From: a bacterium
GTDB lineage: Bacteria; Lindowbacteria; 2-12-FULL-62-27
DNA: 64,000 nucleotides
Direction: 5' to 3'
Assembly: GCA_016202645.1 (NCBI GenBank)
Contig: JACQOF010000140.1
Location: forward strand, 25 to 64,024
Shown here: positions 44,949 to 53,600 of the stretch, in pieces
Position numbering within the stretch: position 1 is the first letter of the stretch
How the letters are laid out: every line of letters begins with the position of its first letter
Notes under the pieces: generated by a model
Databases searched by the model: none
What the model saw: only the letters and a program-made list of their open reading frames with translations
Told to the model about the DNA's origin: nothing
Translations under genes and position numbers: made by a program

Positions 44949-45914
44949 ATGGCCGACCGCGCCGTCAGCCCCGCGCAGATCCCGGAAGGCGGCCTATGCC
45001 TTCCGCCGCCGCTCGCTCTTAAAAAACGCGAACTGGTTCGCTCGGCCGAGGACTGCCTGGCCGCCGCCGGGTTTTCCCCCATCGAATTGCCCATTCTCGA
45101 ATATGCGCCGGCTGACGCCGGATCCGGCGCGGAAGACCGCTGTACTTTCGTGGCGCCAGACGGAAAACTCCTCATGCTCCGGTACGACCACACAACCTCG
45201 CTCATCCGGTTTCTCTCCAGCACCCAGGACCTCACAATGCCCCAGCGGCTCTGCTACGAGGGACTGGTTTTCCGGCGAAAAAAAGGACTCGGCGGGTACG
45301 CCGAAGTCGCCCAGCTCGGCGCTGAAATTCTCGGCGTCGCGGGCGTCGAAGCCGACATCGAAATGGTCCGGGTGATGATCCGGACCCTCGAGGCGGTCGG
45401 ACTCACAGATTTTCTGGTGGACATCGGCACGGTGGAAGTCTTCAAAGGCATTGTCGCCGGCGAGAACATCGATCCCAAGGTCCTCTCGGAAATCAGGGCG
45501 GCCATCATGCGCAAGGACGAAACCGCTCTAAAAAAGGCCGTGGCGGCAACGGGTCTTGCCGCCGCCAAAAAAAACGCTCTCCTGGCTCTGCCCGGCTGGT
45601 TCGGCGGCCCGGACGTCTTCGCGACGGCCGCCAAAGCCGTCGACACGGCCCGAAGCCGCCAGGGCCTGGAACGACTGAAACATCTTCATGACGCCCTGGT
45701 CTCGGAGGGATTCGCGAAGTTTCTTTCCGTCGACATGGGCGTCGTCCACTCCCTCGACTATTACACCGGCGCGGTCTTCGAAGCCTACGTCCGCCACGTC
45801 GGCGCCCCCATAGCGGCCGGCGGCCGATACGACCGCCTGGCCGACACCCACGGAAAATCCATCCCGGCCACCGGCTTCGCCCTCAACCTCGCGCCGCTCC
45901 TCGGCATCGCCTGA
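44949..45914 (+). CDS. hisZ: ATP phosphoribosyltransferase regulatory subunit (HisRS paralog)
   Basis: ORF 44550 trimmed to ATG 44949. HisRS-like class II core (IPEGG...ELPILEY...GGRYDRL) without an anticodon-binding domain. Confidence 0.7.
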   Translation: MADRAVSPAQIPEGGLCLPPPLALKKRELVRSAEDCLAAAGFSPIELPILEYAPADAGSGAEDRCTFVAPDGKLLMLRYDHTTSLIRFLSSTQDLTMPQRLCYEGLVFRRKKGLGGYAEVAQLGAEILGVAGVEADIEMVRVMIRTLEAVGLTDFLVDIGTVEVFKGIVAGENIDPKVLSEIRAAIMRKDETALKKAVAATGLAAAKKNALLALPGWFGGPDVFATAAKAVDTARSRQGLERLKHLHDALVSEGFAKFLSVDMGVVHSLDYYTGAVFEAYVRHVGAPIAAGGRYDRLADTHGKSIPATGFALNLAPLLGIA

Positions 45915-45930
45915 CAGAGAGTGCTGATCC

Positions 45931-46431
45931 TCAGCGCCGCGGAATCGGTATGCCGAAGGGGCGCTCCTGGCCCGAGGAGAGCTGATCAGCCAGTTCCTGG
46001 GTGAGAATGTTGATCTGGGATTTGAAGATGCGGTCGGCGATGCCGAAATCGCCGTTCTGCGAGATTTTTTCGGAAAACTCGTCGTCCATCATCTGCGTGA
46101 ACATCTGCGTGGCGTGACTGCCGCTGCCGAAGAGATCATCCTCTTCGCCGTCGGGCGTCGGGATGGTGCTTCGCATCGCTTTCATCACCTGCCGAACCAG
46201 CATCGCTTCCATCCCCTCGGCGCCCTTGCGGAGCTCTTCGCGTTTCTGGAGGTAGAGATCCTTGAAGGTCGGCGTCAGAGGTTTCGGTTCGGCCGATCCG
46301 GGCAACGCCAGAGGCGCCGGCCCCGACGGCAGGGACAGGGGCGATCCGGCGGGCTTGAGCGGCACCGGCTCCTGCGCCGGCGGATGGATCCTTGCCTGCC
46401 GGGGATTCAGCGGGACGAATCCGGTGTCCAT
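45931..46431 (-). CDS. flagellar rod-binding protein (FlgJ N-terminal-domain-like)
   Basis: 166 aa. Rod-binding motif region MLVRQVMKAMRSTIP...LFG...MFTQMMDDEF. No muramidase domain. Immediately follows flgI. Confidence 0.6.
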   Translation of the reverse strand: MDTGFVPLNPRQARIHPPAQEPVPLKPAGSPLSLPSGPAPLALPGSAEPKPLTPTFKDLYLQKREELRKGAEGMEAMLVRQVMKAMRSTIPTPDGEEDDLFGSGSHATQMFTQMMDDEFSEKISQNGDFGIADRIFKSQINILTQELADQLSSGQERPFGIPIPRR

Positions 46432-46435
46432 GGGT

Positions 46436-47491
46436 CTAGATCAGAACAATCTCGGCGAAGAGCGCGCCGGCCGTCCGCATCGCTTGAAGGATGGAGATGA
46501 TGTCGCGCGGCGTTGCGCCGAGGGCGTTCAGGGCGCTCACCACGTCGCTCACCGACGCGCCGTCCGGGACGTTGACGATTTTCTCGGCTTTCGGCGCCGC
46601 ATCCGGGTTGGCCGGATCCTGGATGTTCACGCTGATGTTGCCGTGCGCCACGGCGACTTTCGCGATCCGGACGTTTTCGCCCATGATGACCGTCCCGGTC
46701 CGCTCGTTGATGACGATCCGCGCCGGCTGGTCCGGTTCGACTTCCAGGTCCTGCAAGATGGCCAGAAACGTAACCGGATCCTCCAGGAACTTGTCCGGGA
46801 GTTTCACCGACACCGCCTGCGGGTCATCCGCTTTGGCAAGCGGCGCCGAAAAGGACCGGTTGATGGTCGCGGTGAGCCGCGCAGCGGTTACAAAATCCGG
46901 AGCGTTGAGAAGCAAGCGGATGCCGTTGTCCTTGATGGCAATCTCGGACGCGACTTCCTTTTCGACGATCGCGCCGTTCGGCACATTCGCGAGGACCGGG
47001 TGATTTCTCTGGACCCGCGCGCCGCCGGTCTTGGGATTGAATCCGCCGATGGACAGTCCGCCCTGCGCCACCGCGTAGACCTTGCCGTCCGCTCCCATGA
47101 GCGGCGTCTGGAGAAGGACTCCGCCCTGCAGATTGGCGGCGTCGCCGATCGACGAGACCTGAACGTCCAGCCGGTCGCCCGGGCGGACGTAGGGCGGAAG
47201 CGTCACAGTCACGAGCACGGCGGCGACATTATCGACCCGGATGCTCGTGGGGCTGATGGTGACGCCGAATCGCTGGAGCATGTTGGCGATGGACTGAAGC
47301 GTAAAGAGCGAGCGCGTGCCGTCGCCGGTGCCTTCAAGGCCCGTGACGAGTCCGTAGCCCATGAGCTGGTTGTTCCGAATTCCGTCGACCCGGGCCAGGT
47401 CTTTCACGCGCACCGCCACCGACCCGGACCCCGGGATGGGGCAGGTCAGGAGCAGGGCGGCGCAGAGAAGGACGCGAAGGCTTCTGTTCAT
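46436..47491 (-). CDS. flgI: flagellar P-ring protein
   Basis: 351 aa. Signal peptide plus FlgI-family body (GYGLVTGLEGTGD...). Confidence 0.9.
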   Translation of the reverse strand: MNRSLRVLLCAALLLTCPIPGSGSVAVRVKDLARVDGIRNNQLMGYGLVTGLEGTGDGTRSLFTLQSIANMLQRFGVTISPTSIRVDNVAAVLVTVTLPPYVRPGDRLDVQVSSIGDAANLQGGVLLQTPLMGADGKVYAVAQGGLSIGGFNPKTGGARVQRNHPVLANVPNGAIVEKEVASEIAIKDNGIRLLLNAPDFVTAARLTATINRSFSAPLAKADDPQAVSVKLPDKFLEDPVTFLAILQDLEVEPDQPARIVINERTGTVIMGENVRIAKVAVAHGNISVNIQDPANPDAAPKAEKIVNVPDGASVSDVVSALNALGATPRDIISILQAMRTAGALFAEIVLI

Positions 47492-48159
47492 CAGAACAGG
47501 ACGTCCACGACCGGCCCGAATATCCGGTCGGTGAGAGTTTTTCGTTTTTTGGCGTTCACGGTGAACTCCGGCGTGTAGGAAATGTGCGCGTCAGCCAGCT
47601 GGCTTGACCGGACGGAGTTGTCCTTGGAAATGTCAAAAGGCCGGATGATGCCGCTGACCTGAAGGATGATGCGGTCGTTGCTCACGATGAGGGATTTCCG
47701 GCCGTGGACCACGAGATTGCCGTTCGGCATGACGTTCACCACCTGGGCGGCGATGGCGAGGGAAAGGAGGGACTCGTTTTTCGTGTTGTTCTTGCGCTCG
47801 AGTTCCGATTTCCCGGTAATCTCCGCGCCGAAGAGCGGGATCTTCCGGGCAATCCGGTACCACCAATGGTCGTCGGTCTTATCCCCGGCGGCCGGCGTGT
47901 TCGCGCCGGCGACTTTGCCGCCGACGGTCATCTCCTTCTCGCGGGTGTTGTCGTTCTTGTTGCTGGACTTCTGGTTTTCAGTGACCAGCACCGTCACGAC
48001 GTCCCCGATCTGGTGCGCGCGGATGTCGGCGTAGAGGGATTCGGCATTCGGCGTCCAGAGGGACTTGGCTTCCGCTGGAAAAGCGTATAACCCGAGGGCC
48101 ACGGACACGAGCGTAGCTTGCAGACAGACACGGACAGGACTATTCCGGATAACGGTCAT
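47491..48159 (-). CDS. flgH: flagellar L-ring protein
   Basis: ORF trimmed to ATG 48159 (ATGA overlap with the flgA stop). FlgH-family body (SLYADIRAHQIGDVVTVLV...). Confidence 0.85.
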   Translation of the reverse strand: MTVIRNSPVRVCLQATLVSVALGLYAFPAEAKSLWTPNAESLYADIRAHQIGDVVTVLVTENQKSSNKNDNTREKEMTVGGKVAGANTPAAGDKTDDHWWYRIARKIPLFGAEITGKSELERKNNTKNESLLSLAIAAQVVNVMPNGNLVVHGRKSLIVSNDRIILQVSGIIRPFDISKDNSVRSSQLADAHISYTPEFTVNAKKRKTLTDRIFGPVVDVLF

Positions 48160-48920
48160 TCTTTGTCTCCTTCGGCCCACGCAACCTGCGCCTGGCGGGG
48201 GCCTGTGATTTTGGCGAAAAAGCGTTGGAGGCTGAGCGTGTTCTTGAATGGAATCCGGTCGCCGACGAATCCCGAAGACTGCGCTTCGCCGAAAACTCTG
48301 GCCTGGACGCCGCCGATATCCAGCTCCACTTCGATGATCTCCCCGCGCTGGACCGCGAAGGGCTGACGGACGTGGCCGAGGTCGATTCGGCCGCCCTGCG
48401 CGATGTTCCGGTTCGCCTCCTGGCCCACGATCTGCGACGGGGCGGTCGCGGCGGTCGTCGTAAAGTCATCCAGGCGGGCCCGCGAAATCTGGAGATCGCT
48501 CTCCGCGATCCGCTTGCCCGCCGGGATGTGGTAGCGAGCGCGAATATCCGGCCCCTCAGCCGACACCGCCGCCGCGCAAAACGCGGTTTTGCGCACGCCT
48601 CGCTCGCCAAGTGCGGATATTTTGTAGCGCCGGACCCCCAGCCGCTTGTGCCCGGCCATTTCCTCGACGCGAAGTTCCGCGCCGGCCGGGTGGCTGAATT
48701 TTTCGGGAAACTGGAGGAACCGGATTTGAATGTCGCTAAACCCGAGAGGTTCGAACTCCCGCGAAAGCTGTTCAAGGATGAGCGGCTCGACGGACTTTCT
48801 GGACAACGCCTGGTCCTCGACCGCCCACGCAGACGTCGCCAACAGACAGAGGATGATGAGGATTCCATCCTCCGCAGCTCTCAGGAGCCGTAGGAGGTGT
48901 CCGCGAAGGAGGAGGATCAT
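48156..48920 (-). CDS. flgA: flagellar P-ring assembly chaperone FlgA
   Basis: 254 aa. Signal peptide, C-terminal SAF-like region, and position between flgG and flgH. Confidence 0.7.
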   Translation of the reverse strand: MILLLRGHLLRLLRAAEDGILIILCLLATSAWAVEDQALSRKSVEPLILEQLSREFEPLGFSDIQIRFLQFPEKFSHPAGAELRVEEMAGHKRLGVRRYKISALGERGVRKTAFCAAAVSAEGPDIRARYHIPAGKRIAESDLQISRARLDDFTTTAATAPSQIVGQEANRNIAQGGRIDLGHVRQPFAVQRGEIIEVELDIGGVQARVFGEAQSSGFVGDRIPFKNTLSLQRFFAKITGPRQAQVAWAEGDKE

Positions 48921-49705
48921 CGCTTCAGCCCCGCCGCCGTCTGCAGCATGGCGTCGGATGTCTGAATGGACCGCGAATTGACTTCGTAGGCCCGCTGGGC
49001 CGTGATGAGATCGACCATGCTTTCGACCACCTGGACGTTTGACATCTCAAGAAATCCCTGCCGGACCGCTCCCAGCGCTTCCGTCTGGGGTTGTGCCTGA
49101 ATGGGCGCGCCGCTCGACGCCGTCTCGACGTAGAGGTTCTGGCCGATGGCCGACAGCCCGGCCGGATTGACGAATTTGGAAATGGTGAGCGCGCCGATCT
49201 GCGCGGGGGCGATCGCCCCCGGCTGTTGGACGGAGATCGTGCCGTCGGTCGTGACAAGAATGGCGGTCGCGTCCTGGGGGATTGTGATCGCGTCGGCCAG
49301 AGGATCCCCGTCGGAACTGACGACGCGGCCGGTCGAGTCCAGTTTGAAACTCCCGTCACGCGTGTAGGCGGTGGTGCCGTCCGGAAGCGTGATCCGGAAG
49401 AACCCTTCGCCCTCGATCGCCAGGTCCAGGGGATTTGCGGTGCGCTTGAGACTGCCCTGCTCGAACATTTTTTGCGTCGCCGCCACCCGCGTGCCCAGTC
49501 CCACCTGAATGCCGGTGGGAATGACCGCGTCGCCGGAGGTCGGCGTGCCCGCAAGCAGCATCCGCTGATACATCAGGTCTTCGAAATCAACCCGGTCTTT
49601 TTTGAAGGCGGTCGTGTTGACGTTCGCCAGGTTATTGGAAATGACGTCGACGTTGAACTGCTGGCCAATCATGCCCGTCGACGCCGTCCAGAGAGATCTC
49701 ATCAT
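48917..49705 (-). CDS. flgG: flagellar distal rod protein FlgG
   Basis: 262 aa. N-terminus MMRSLWTASTGMIGQQFNVDVISNNLANVNTTAFK and C-terminus ITAQRAYEVNSRSIQTSDAML. Confidence 0.9.
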   Translation of the reverse strand: MMRSLWTASTGMIGQQFNVDVISNNLANVNTTAFKKDRVDFEDLMYQRMLLAGTPTSGDAVIPTGIQVGLGTRVAATQKMFEQGSLKRTANPLDLAIEGEGFFRITLPDGTTAYTRDGSFKLDSTGRVVSSDGDPLADAITIPQDATAILVTTDGTISVQQPGAIAPAQIGALTISKFVNPAGLSAIGQNLYVETASSGAPIQAQPQTEALGAVRQGFLEMSNVQVVESMVDLITAQRAYEVNSRSIQTSDAMLQTAAGLKR

Positions 49706-49732
49706 GTCAGTCGTTCCTCCTGTGGGTGGTCA

Positions 49733-50521
49733 TTAGACGCGGCTCACGTCGCTGATGGCCTGGCCCAGAAGCTGGTCGTGGGACGTGATGACCCGCTGGT
49801 TCGCTTCGTAGGCCCGGTTCGCAACGATCATCTGAACCATGTCGTGGATGATGTTCGAATTGGATACTTCGAGATACCCCTGCCGGACTTCCGTACCGGC
49901 GGGCGCGGGAACGGCCGCGCCGCTTTTTTCGGTCGCGGCGAAGTTATTGTCGCCCATCTTTGAGAGCATTTGTTTGTCATTGAAGGTCACGAGCCGAACC
50001 TGCCCGAGCACAATGCCGTCCCGGTCGACCAGCGTGCCGTTTTTCTGGAAATAGAGGCCGTCGGCCTGGATCGGAATGGGATTGCCGTCCGCGCCGAGGA
50101 CGCGGTCACCGTGAAGCGTGGTCAGAAGTCCCTCGGAGTTGCGGATGAAGTTTCCCGCGCGCGTGTAGAATTTGCCCTTGCCGGGCCGGTCGATTTCGAA
50201 GAACCCATCGCCCCGGATCGCAAGATCCAGCGTGTTCCCGGTCGACTTGAGAGAGCCTTCCGAAAAATCGATGAACTCGCCCTTCACCCGCACGCCCGTG
50301 CCCATGTCGCCGATGTAGGGCCGGATGTCGTAATCCCCGCCTGGCGTCTCGATCACGGCGTCGTACAGCCGGTGCATCTTGAACCGGGGTTCTTCTTTCC
50401 ATAATAGAAGATGCCGCTTGAATCCCGGGGTATCGACGTTCGCCATGTTGTTCGTGATCACGTCCTGCTCGGTCCACTTGGCGAGCATCCCGGACGCGCC
50501 GGTGTATATTCCACGAATCAA
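49733..50521 (-). CDS. flgF: flagellar proximal rod protein FlgF
   Basis: 262 aa. Rod-family N- and C-terminal heptads. The TTG start overlaps the murA stop (TTGA). Confidence 0.8.
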   Translation of the reverse strand: MIRGIYTGASGMLAKWTEQDVITNNMANVDTPGFKRHLLLWKEEPRFKMHRLYDAVIETPGGDYDIRPYIGDMGTGVRVKGEFIDFSEGSLKSTGNTLDLAIRGDGFFEIDRPGKGKFYTRAGNFIRNSEGLLTTLHGDRVLGADGNPIPIQADGLYFQKNGTLVDRDGIVLGQVRLVTFNDKQMLSKMGDNNFAATEKSGAAVPAPAGTEVRQGYLEVSNSNIIHDMVQMIVANRAYEANQRVITSHDQLLGQAISDVSRV

Positions 50522-51768
50522 TTTCGCCTCCGCGCGATCGACGCGCCGACGCTCTTCAGCTTTTTTTCCATCGACTCGTAGCCGCGGTCGAGATGGTACA
50601 CCCGGTGCACGACGCTCCGGCCTTTGGCCGCAAGGCCCGCCAGGACGAGCGCGGCGCCGGCCCGGAGGTCGGACACGGTGACGGGCGCGCCCTTCAAGTC
50701 CCGGACGCCTTTGATCACGGCCACGCGGCCGTCGATCGCGATGTTTGCGCCCATCCGGGAAAGTTCCGCCGCGTGCATGAAGCGGTTTTCAAAAACGGTC
50801 TCGGTGATGACACTCGTGCCGTCGCCCACGGATGTGAGCGCCATGAACTGGGCCTGCATGTCGGTTGGAAATCCGGGATAGGGCATCGTGGTCAACGTCA
50901 GGGACCGCGGCCGGTTCCGGGCGACGATCCGAACGCCGTCCGGTTCCTCCTCCACGCGCGCTCCGGCGTCCGATATTTTTTTGAGGACGGCGCCCAGGTG
51001 GTCCGGGCGGGCGCCGGCCAGATGAAGATCGCCGCGGGTGAGAGCGGCGGCCGCCGCGAACGTGCCGGCTTCGATCCGGTCCGGGATCACGCGGTGCTGG
51101 ACGCCCGCGAGCCGATCGGCGCCGCTCACTTCGACATGGCCGCGCCGCGCCGTGATCTTCGCGCCGGCAGCGGTCAGGAACGCCGCCAGATCGTCGATCT
51201 CGGGCTCGCGCGCCGCGCCCGCGATCACGGTGCGGCGGGAGAGAGACGCCGCGTACATCATCAAATTTTCGGTGGCGCCGACACTGGGATAGGCGAGCCG
51301 CACGGTTGATTTCGGAGCGTGTTTGGCTTGAAGATGCACGTAGCCGTCCTTGAGGGATATCTCCACGCCGAGGGCGCTGAGATGTTTTAAATGAAGGTCG
51401 ATCGGCCGCGCACCGATGGCACAGCCGCCGGGGAGCGACACCCGAGCCTTGCCGAACCGGCCGAGCAGGGCGCCCATCACCAGAACGCTGGCGCGCATGG
51501 TCCGCACAAGATCGTAGGGCGCCTCCCAGGACCGGACTTTCCGGGTGTTGATGAAGAGGCGGCGATGAGTGAAACGAACGTCGGCCCCAAGGTGCGTGAG
51601 AAGTTTGGACATGGTTTGGACGTCTCGCAAGTTCGGCACGTTGTCGATTTCGGTGATATCGGCCGTCATGAGGGTAGCCGCCATGATCGGCAGAACGGCA
51701 TTCTTGGAACCGCTGACGCGGATCGTTCCCCGAAGAGGGTTCCCCCCTTCGATCACAAAGGTGTCCAT
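50518..51768 (-). CDS. murA: UDP-N-acetylglucosamine 1-carboxyvinyltransferase
   Basis: ORF trimmed to ATG 51768, preceded by GGAGGGG. MurA fold with the catalytic Cys loop [15 protein letters not shown]. Confidence 0.95.
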   Translation of the reverse strand: MDTFVIEGGNPLRGTIRVSGSKNAVLPIMAATLMTADITEIDNVPNLRDVQTMSKLLTHLGADVRFTHRRLFINTRKVRSWEAPYDLVRTMRASVLVMGALLGRFGKARVSLPGGCAIGARPIDLHLKHLSALGVEISLKDGYVHLQAKHAPKSTVRLAYPSVGATENLMMYAASLSRRTVIAGAAREPEIDDLAAFLTAAGAKITARRGHVEVSGADRLAGVQHRVIPDRIEAGTFAAAAALTRGDLHLAGARPDHLGAVLKKISDAGARVEEEPDGVRIVARNRPRSLTLTTMPYPGFPTDMQAQFMALTSVGDGTSVITETVFENRFMHAAELSRMGANIAIDGRVAVIKGVRDLKGAPVTVSDLRAGAALVLAGLAAKGRSVVHRVYHLDRGYESMEKKLKSVGASIARRRN

Positions 51769-51894
51769 CCCGATATTCCCCTCCAACCGTAACCACCCTA
51801 TTCACCCGCCGAAGGCGGATGCCTCTGGTTTCCTGTTCGACAGGCCGGAGGAGGAACTTTAAAAGAAAACAGGATGAGCATTTGTCATTTCACC

Positions 51895-51957
51895 ATTGCA
51901 CCAATGAGAAATGAGAACCCGATTCGGCAGTCATTGATCATTCCTCATTGGTGCAAT
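51895..51957. repeat. 20-nt-arm palindrome
   Basis: ATTGCACCAATGAGAAATGA paired with TCATTCCTCATTGGTGCAAT, with one mismatch. Confidence 0.85.
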
Positions 51958-52021
51958 GATCGATGGATCATTACGCCGGACGGGTTTGACTCTTCACGAC
52001 CGGAGTGGGATCATCCCCCTG

Positions 52022-53170
52022 ATGCGAATCGGCCTGGTAATCTTACTGTCTTGTCTCACGGCCTCCTCCGCCATCGCCGCCGACACCACGCCCCCCAAGC
52101 CGGCCTTCAAGGTCGTCCTGGCCGTCGATCCACGATTGCCGAGCATGTCTCAGAAGGATGTGGAGCAGGCCCTGAAGCTCGCGGCGAACTGGATCGAGGT
52201 GTGGTACCGCAAGCGCGTGCGGTTTCAGGTTGACCGGACGGAACATATCGATTCCTACATGTCGGCCGTGTTTGAGAAACTGCCCATTCCCGGCGACTGG
52301 CTGAAATATCCATACGCCCTGGACGGTTCCGATCAGGTCGCACGGTTTCACGGACAGCAGGTGGCGGCCTTGAAGGAACGGTCCTTGGACGCGATCCGCG
52401 GGTATGTTCCGGACGACATCAAGCCGCTCATCACATCGCCGGAATTGGCGGCGGCGAACTTGCTCAAAATCTATGACGACCGGCTGAAAATCTGGAGAAC
52501 CATCCGCTCTCCGAAGGGCCTGCCTTACTTTGATACGGGCTTCCCGGCCAAGCACAGCTACTGGCACTGGGAACGGCTCTTCGATTCTTACTGGCCGGAA
52601 GACATCACCGACCACATCATCGTCACGAATGTCATGCTGATCGACGACGCCCTCGGCGACGCCCCGCCGCATTCTCTCGTGCGCGGCGGCCTCTTGAACG
52701 GCCTCGCCCAGGAGGAATCTCCGCAGGTGGTCGTGTCGACGTTTCCCCTCATCACCGACGCGCCGGCGGTGTCGGACCTGAGGGACACCACGGCGTTATC
52801 GTCGAGGGACCGGATTCGGGCGCTTGCGCACATCATCGCCCACGAATTCGGCGCGCACGTCATCCAGGGTTATTTCGACGTCTATGACCACACAGCCTGC
52901 GTCGCGGTTCCGACCCCGGGCCTCGCCTACGCCGCCACCCTCCGGAATCTCTTTTCCGGCCCGCCCTGCAAACTCGCTCACCCGCCGCTCGACCGGAAAA
53001 AATCCCTCACCGACCGCTATGAAAATCTGGCTCACCGGTATCTGGCCGTGAAAGACTACGCAAACGCCAAAAAAGCCGTGGACCGGGCCATATCGCTCGA
53101 ACCGGGGCGACCCCTCCTGAAAATGATGCGCCGCCAGCTGTCCAAAAAATTACAGGGTCGGGACCATTAA
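52022..53170 (+). CDS. secreted hypothetical protein with C-terminal TPR-like helix pair
   Basis: ORF 51956 trimmed to ATG 52022 (MRIGLVILLSCLTASSAIAA signal peptide). No family recognised. Confidence 0.4.
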   Translation: MRIGLVILLSCLTASSAIAADTTPPKPAFKVVLAVDPRLPSMSQKDVEQALKLAANWIEVWYRKRVRFQVDRTEHIDSYMSAVFEKLPIPGDWLKYPYALDGSDQVARFHGQQVAALKERSLDAIRGYVPDDIKPLITSPELAAANLLKIYDDRLKIWRTIRSPKGLPYFDTGFPAKHSYWHWERLFDSYWPEDITDHIIVTNVMLIDDALGDAPPHSLVRGGLLNGLAQEESPQVVVSTFPLITDAPAVSDLRDTTALSSRDRIRALAHIIAHEFGAHVIQGYFDVYDHTACVAVPTPGLAYAATLRNLFSGPPCKLAHPPLDRKKSLTDRYENLAHRYLAVKDYANAKKAVDRAISLEPGRPLLKMMRRQLSKKLQGRDH

Positions 53171-53195
53171 AGTCCGCCGATTTTTCCGCCGATAG
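53168..53195 (+). promoter_or_regulatory. candidate sigma28 (FliA) promoter upstream of the small ORF and the VWA flagellin
   Basis: TAAAGTCC-N12-GCCGATAG, against the consensus TAAAGTTT-N11-GCCGATAA. Confidence 0.45.
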
Positions 53196-53405
53196 GGAAA
53201 CCAAGTCGAGGCGGGTTTTCTCCGCCAGGACCGGAAGAGGCCATGGAAGGCCGAACGTGCGTGAACAGGGACGTTGATTCAAGGGATTTATAGTTTCCTC
53301 ACCGATACCGTCCCTTTCCCATTTTCCCTTCCAAACCCTCGGACCTGTATCCACGGATGGGTACGACGCGCATATTTTGGCTGAATCACACGGAGGTGAA
53401 CGGAC

Positions 53406-53579
53406 ATGGATGTCCAGGGAATTCACAACGGGTTCCAGCAGTACAAAGGCGTGACCAAGGAAGTCCGGGAGGCGCGCGAACAGCGCTTGGCGGCCCATGA
53501 GGCGCTCCCGAAAGTCAAATCCCCGGAGGAAGCCCGGAAACTGATCGACGAGGTCAGGAATCTGCTTCTGTACGGCTAA
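53406..53579 (+). CDS. 57-aa hypothetical protein upstream of flagellin
   Basis: Hand-translated: MDVQGIHNGFQQYKGVTKEVREAREQRLAAHEALPKVKSPEEARKLIDEVRNLLLYG. Strong SD GGAGGTG 7 nt upstream. Ends 21 nt before the flagellin ATG. Confidence 0.35.
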   Translation: MDVQGIHNGFQQYKGVTKEVREAREQRLAAHEALPKVKSPEEARKLIDEVRNLLLYG

Positions 53580-53600
53580 TAGCGCTCCGGGGTAAACGCC

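Noticed and set aside
52841-52858. HEFGAH in the secreted hypothetical protein as a zinc-metalloprotease site
   Set aside because: The motif is HExxxH, not the zincin HExxH. I saw no third ligand or Met-turn context, so the gene is left as hypothetical.
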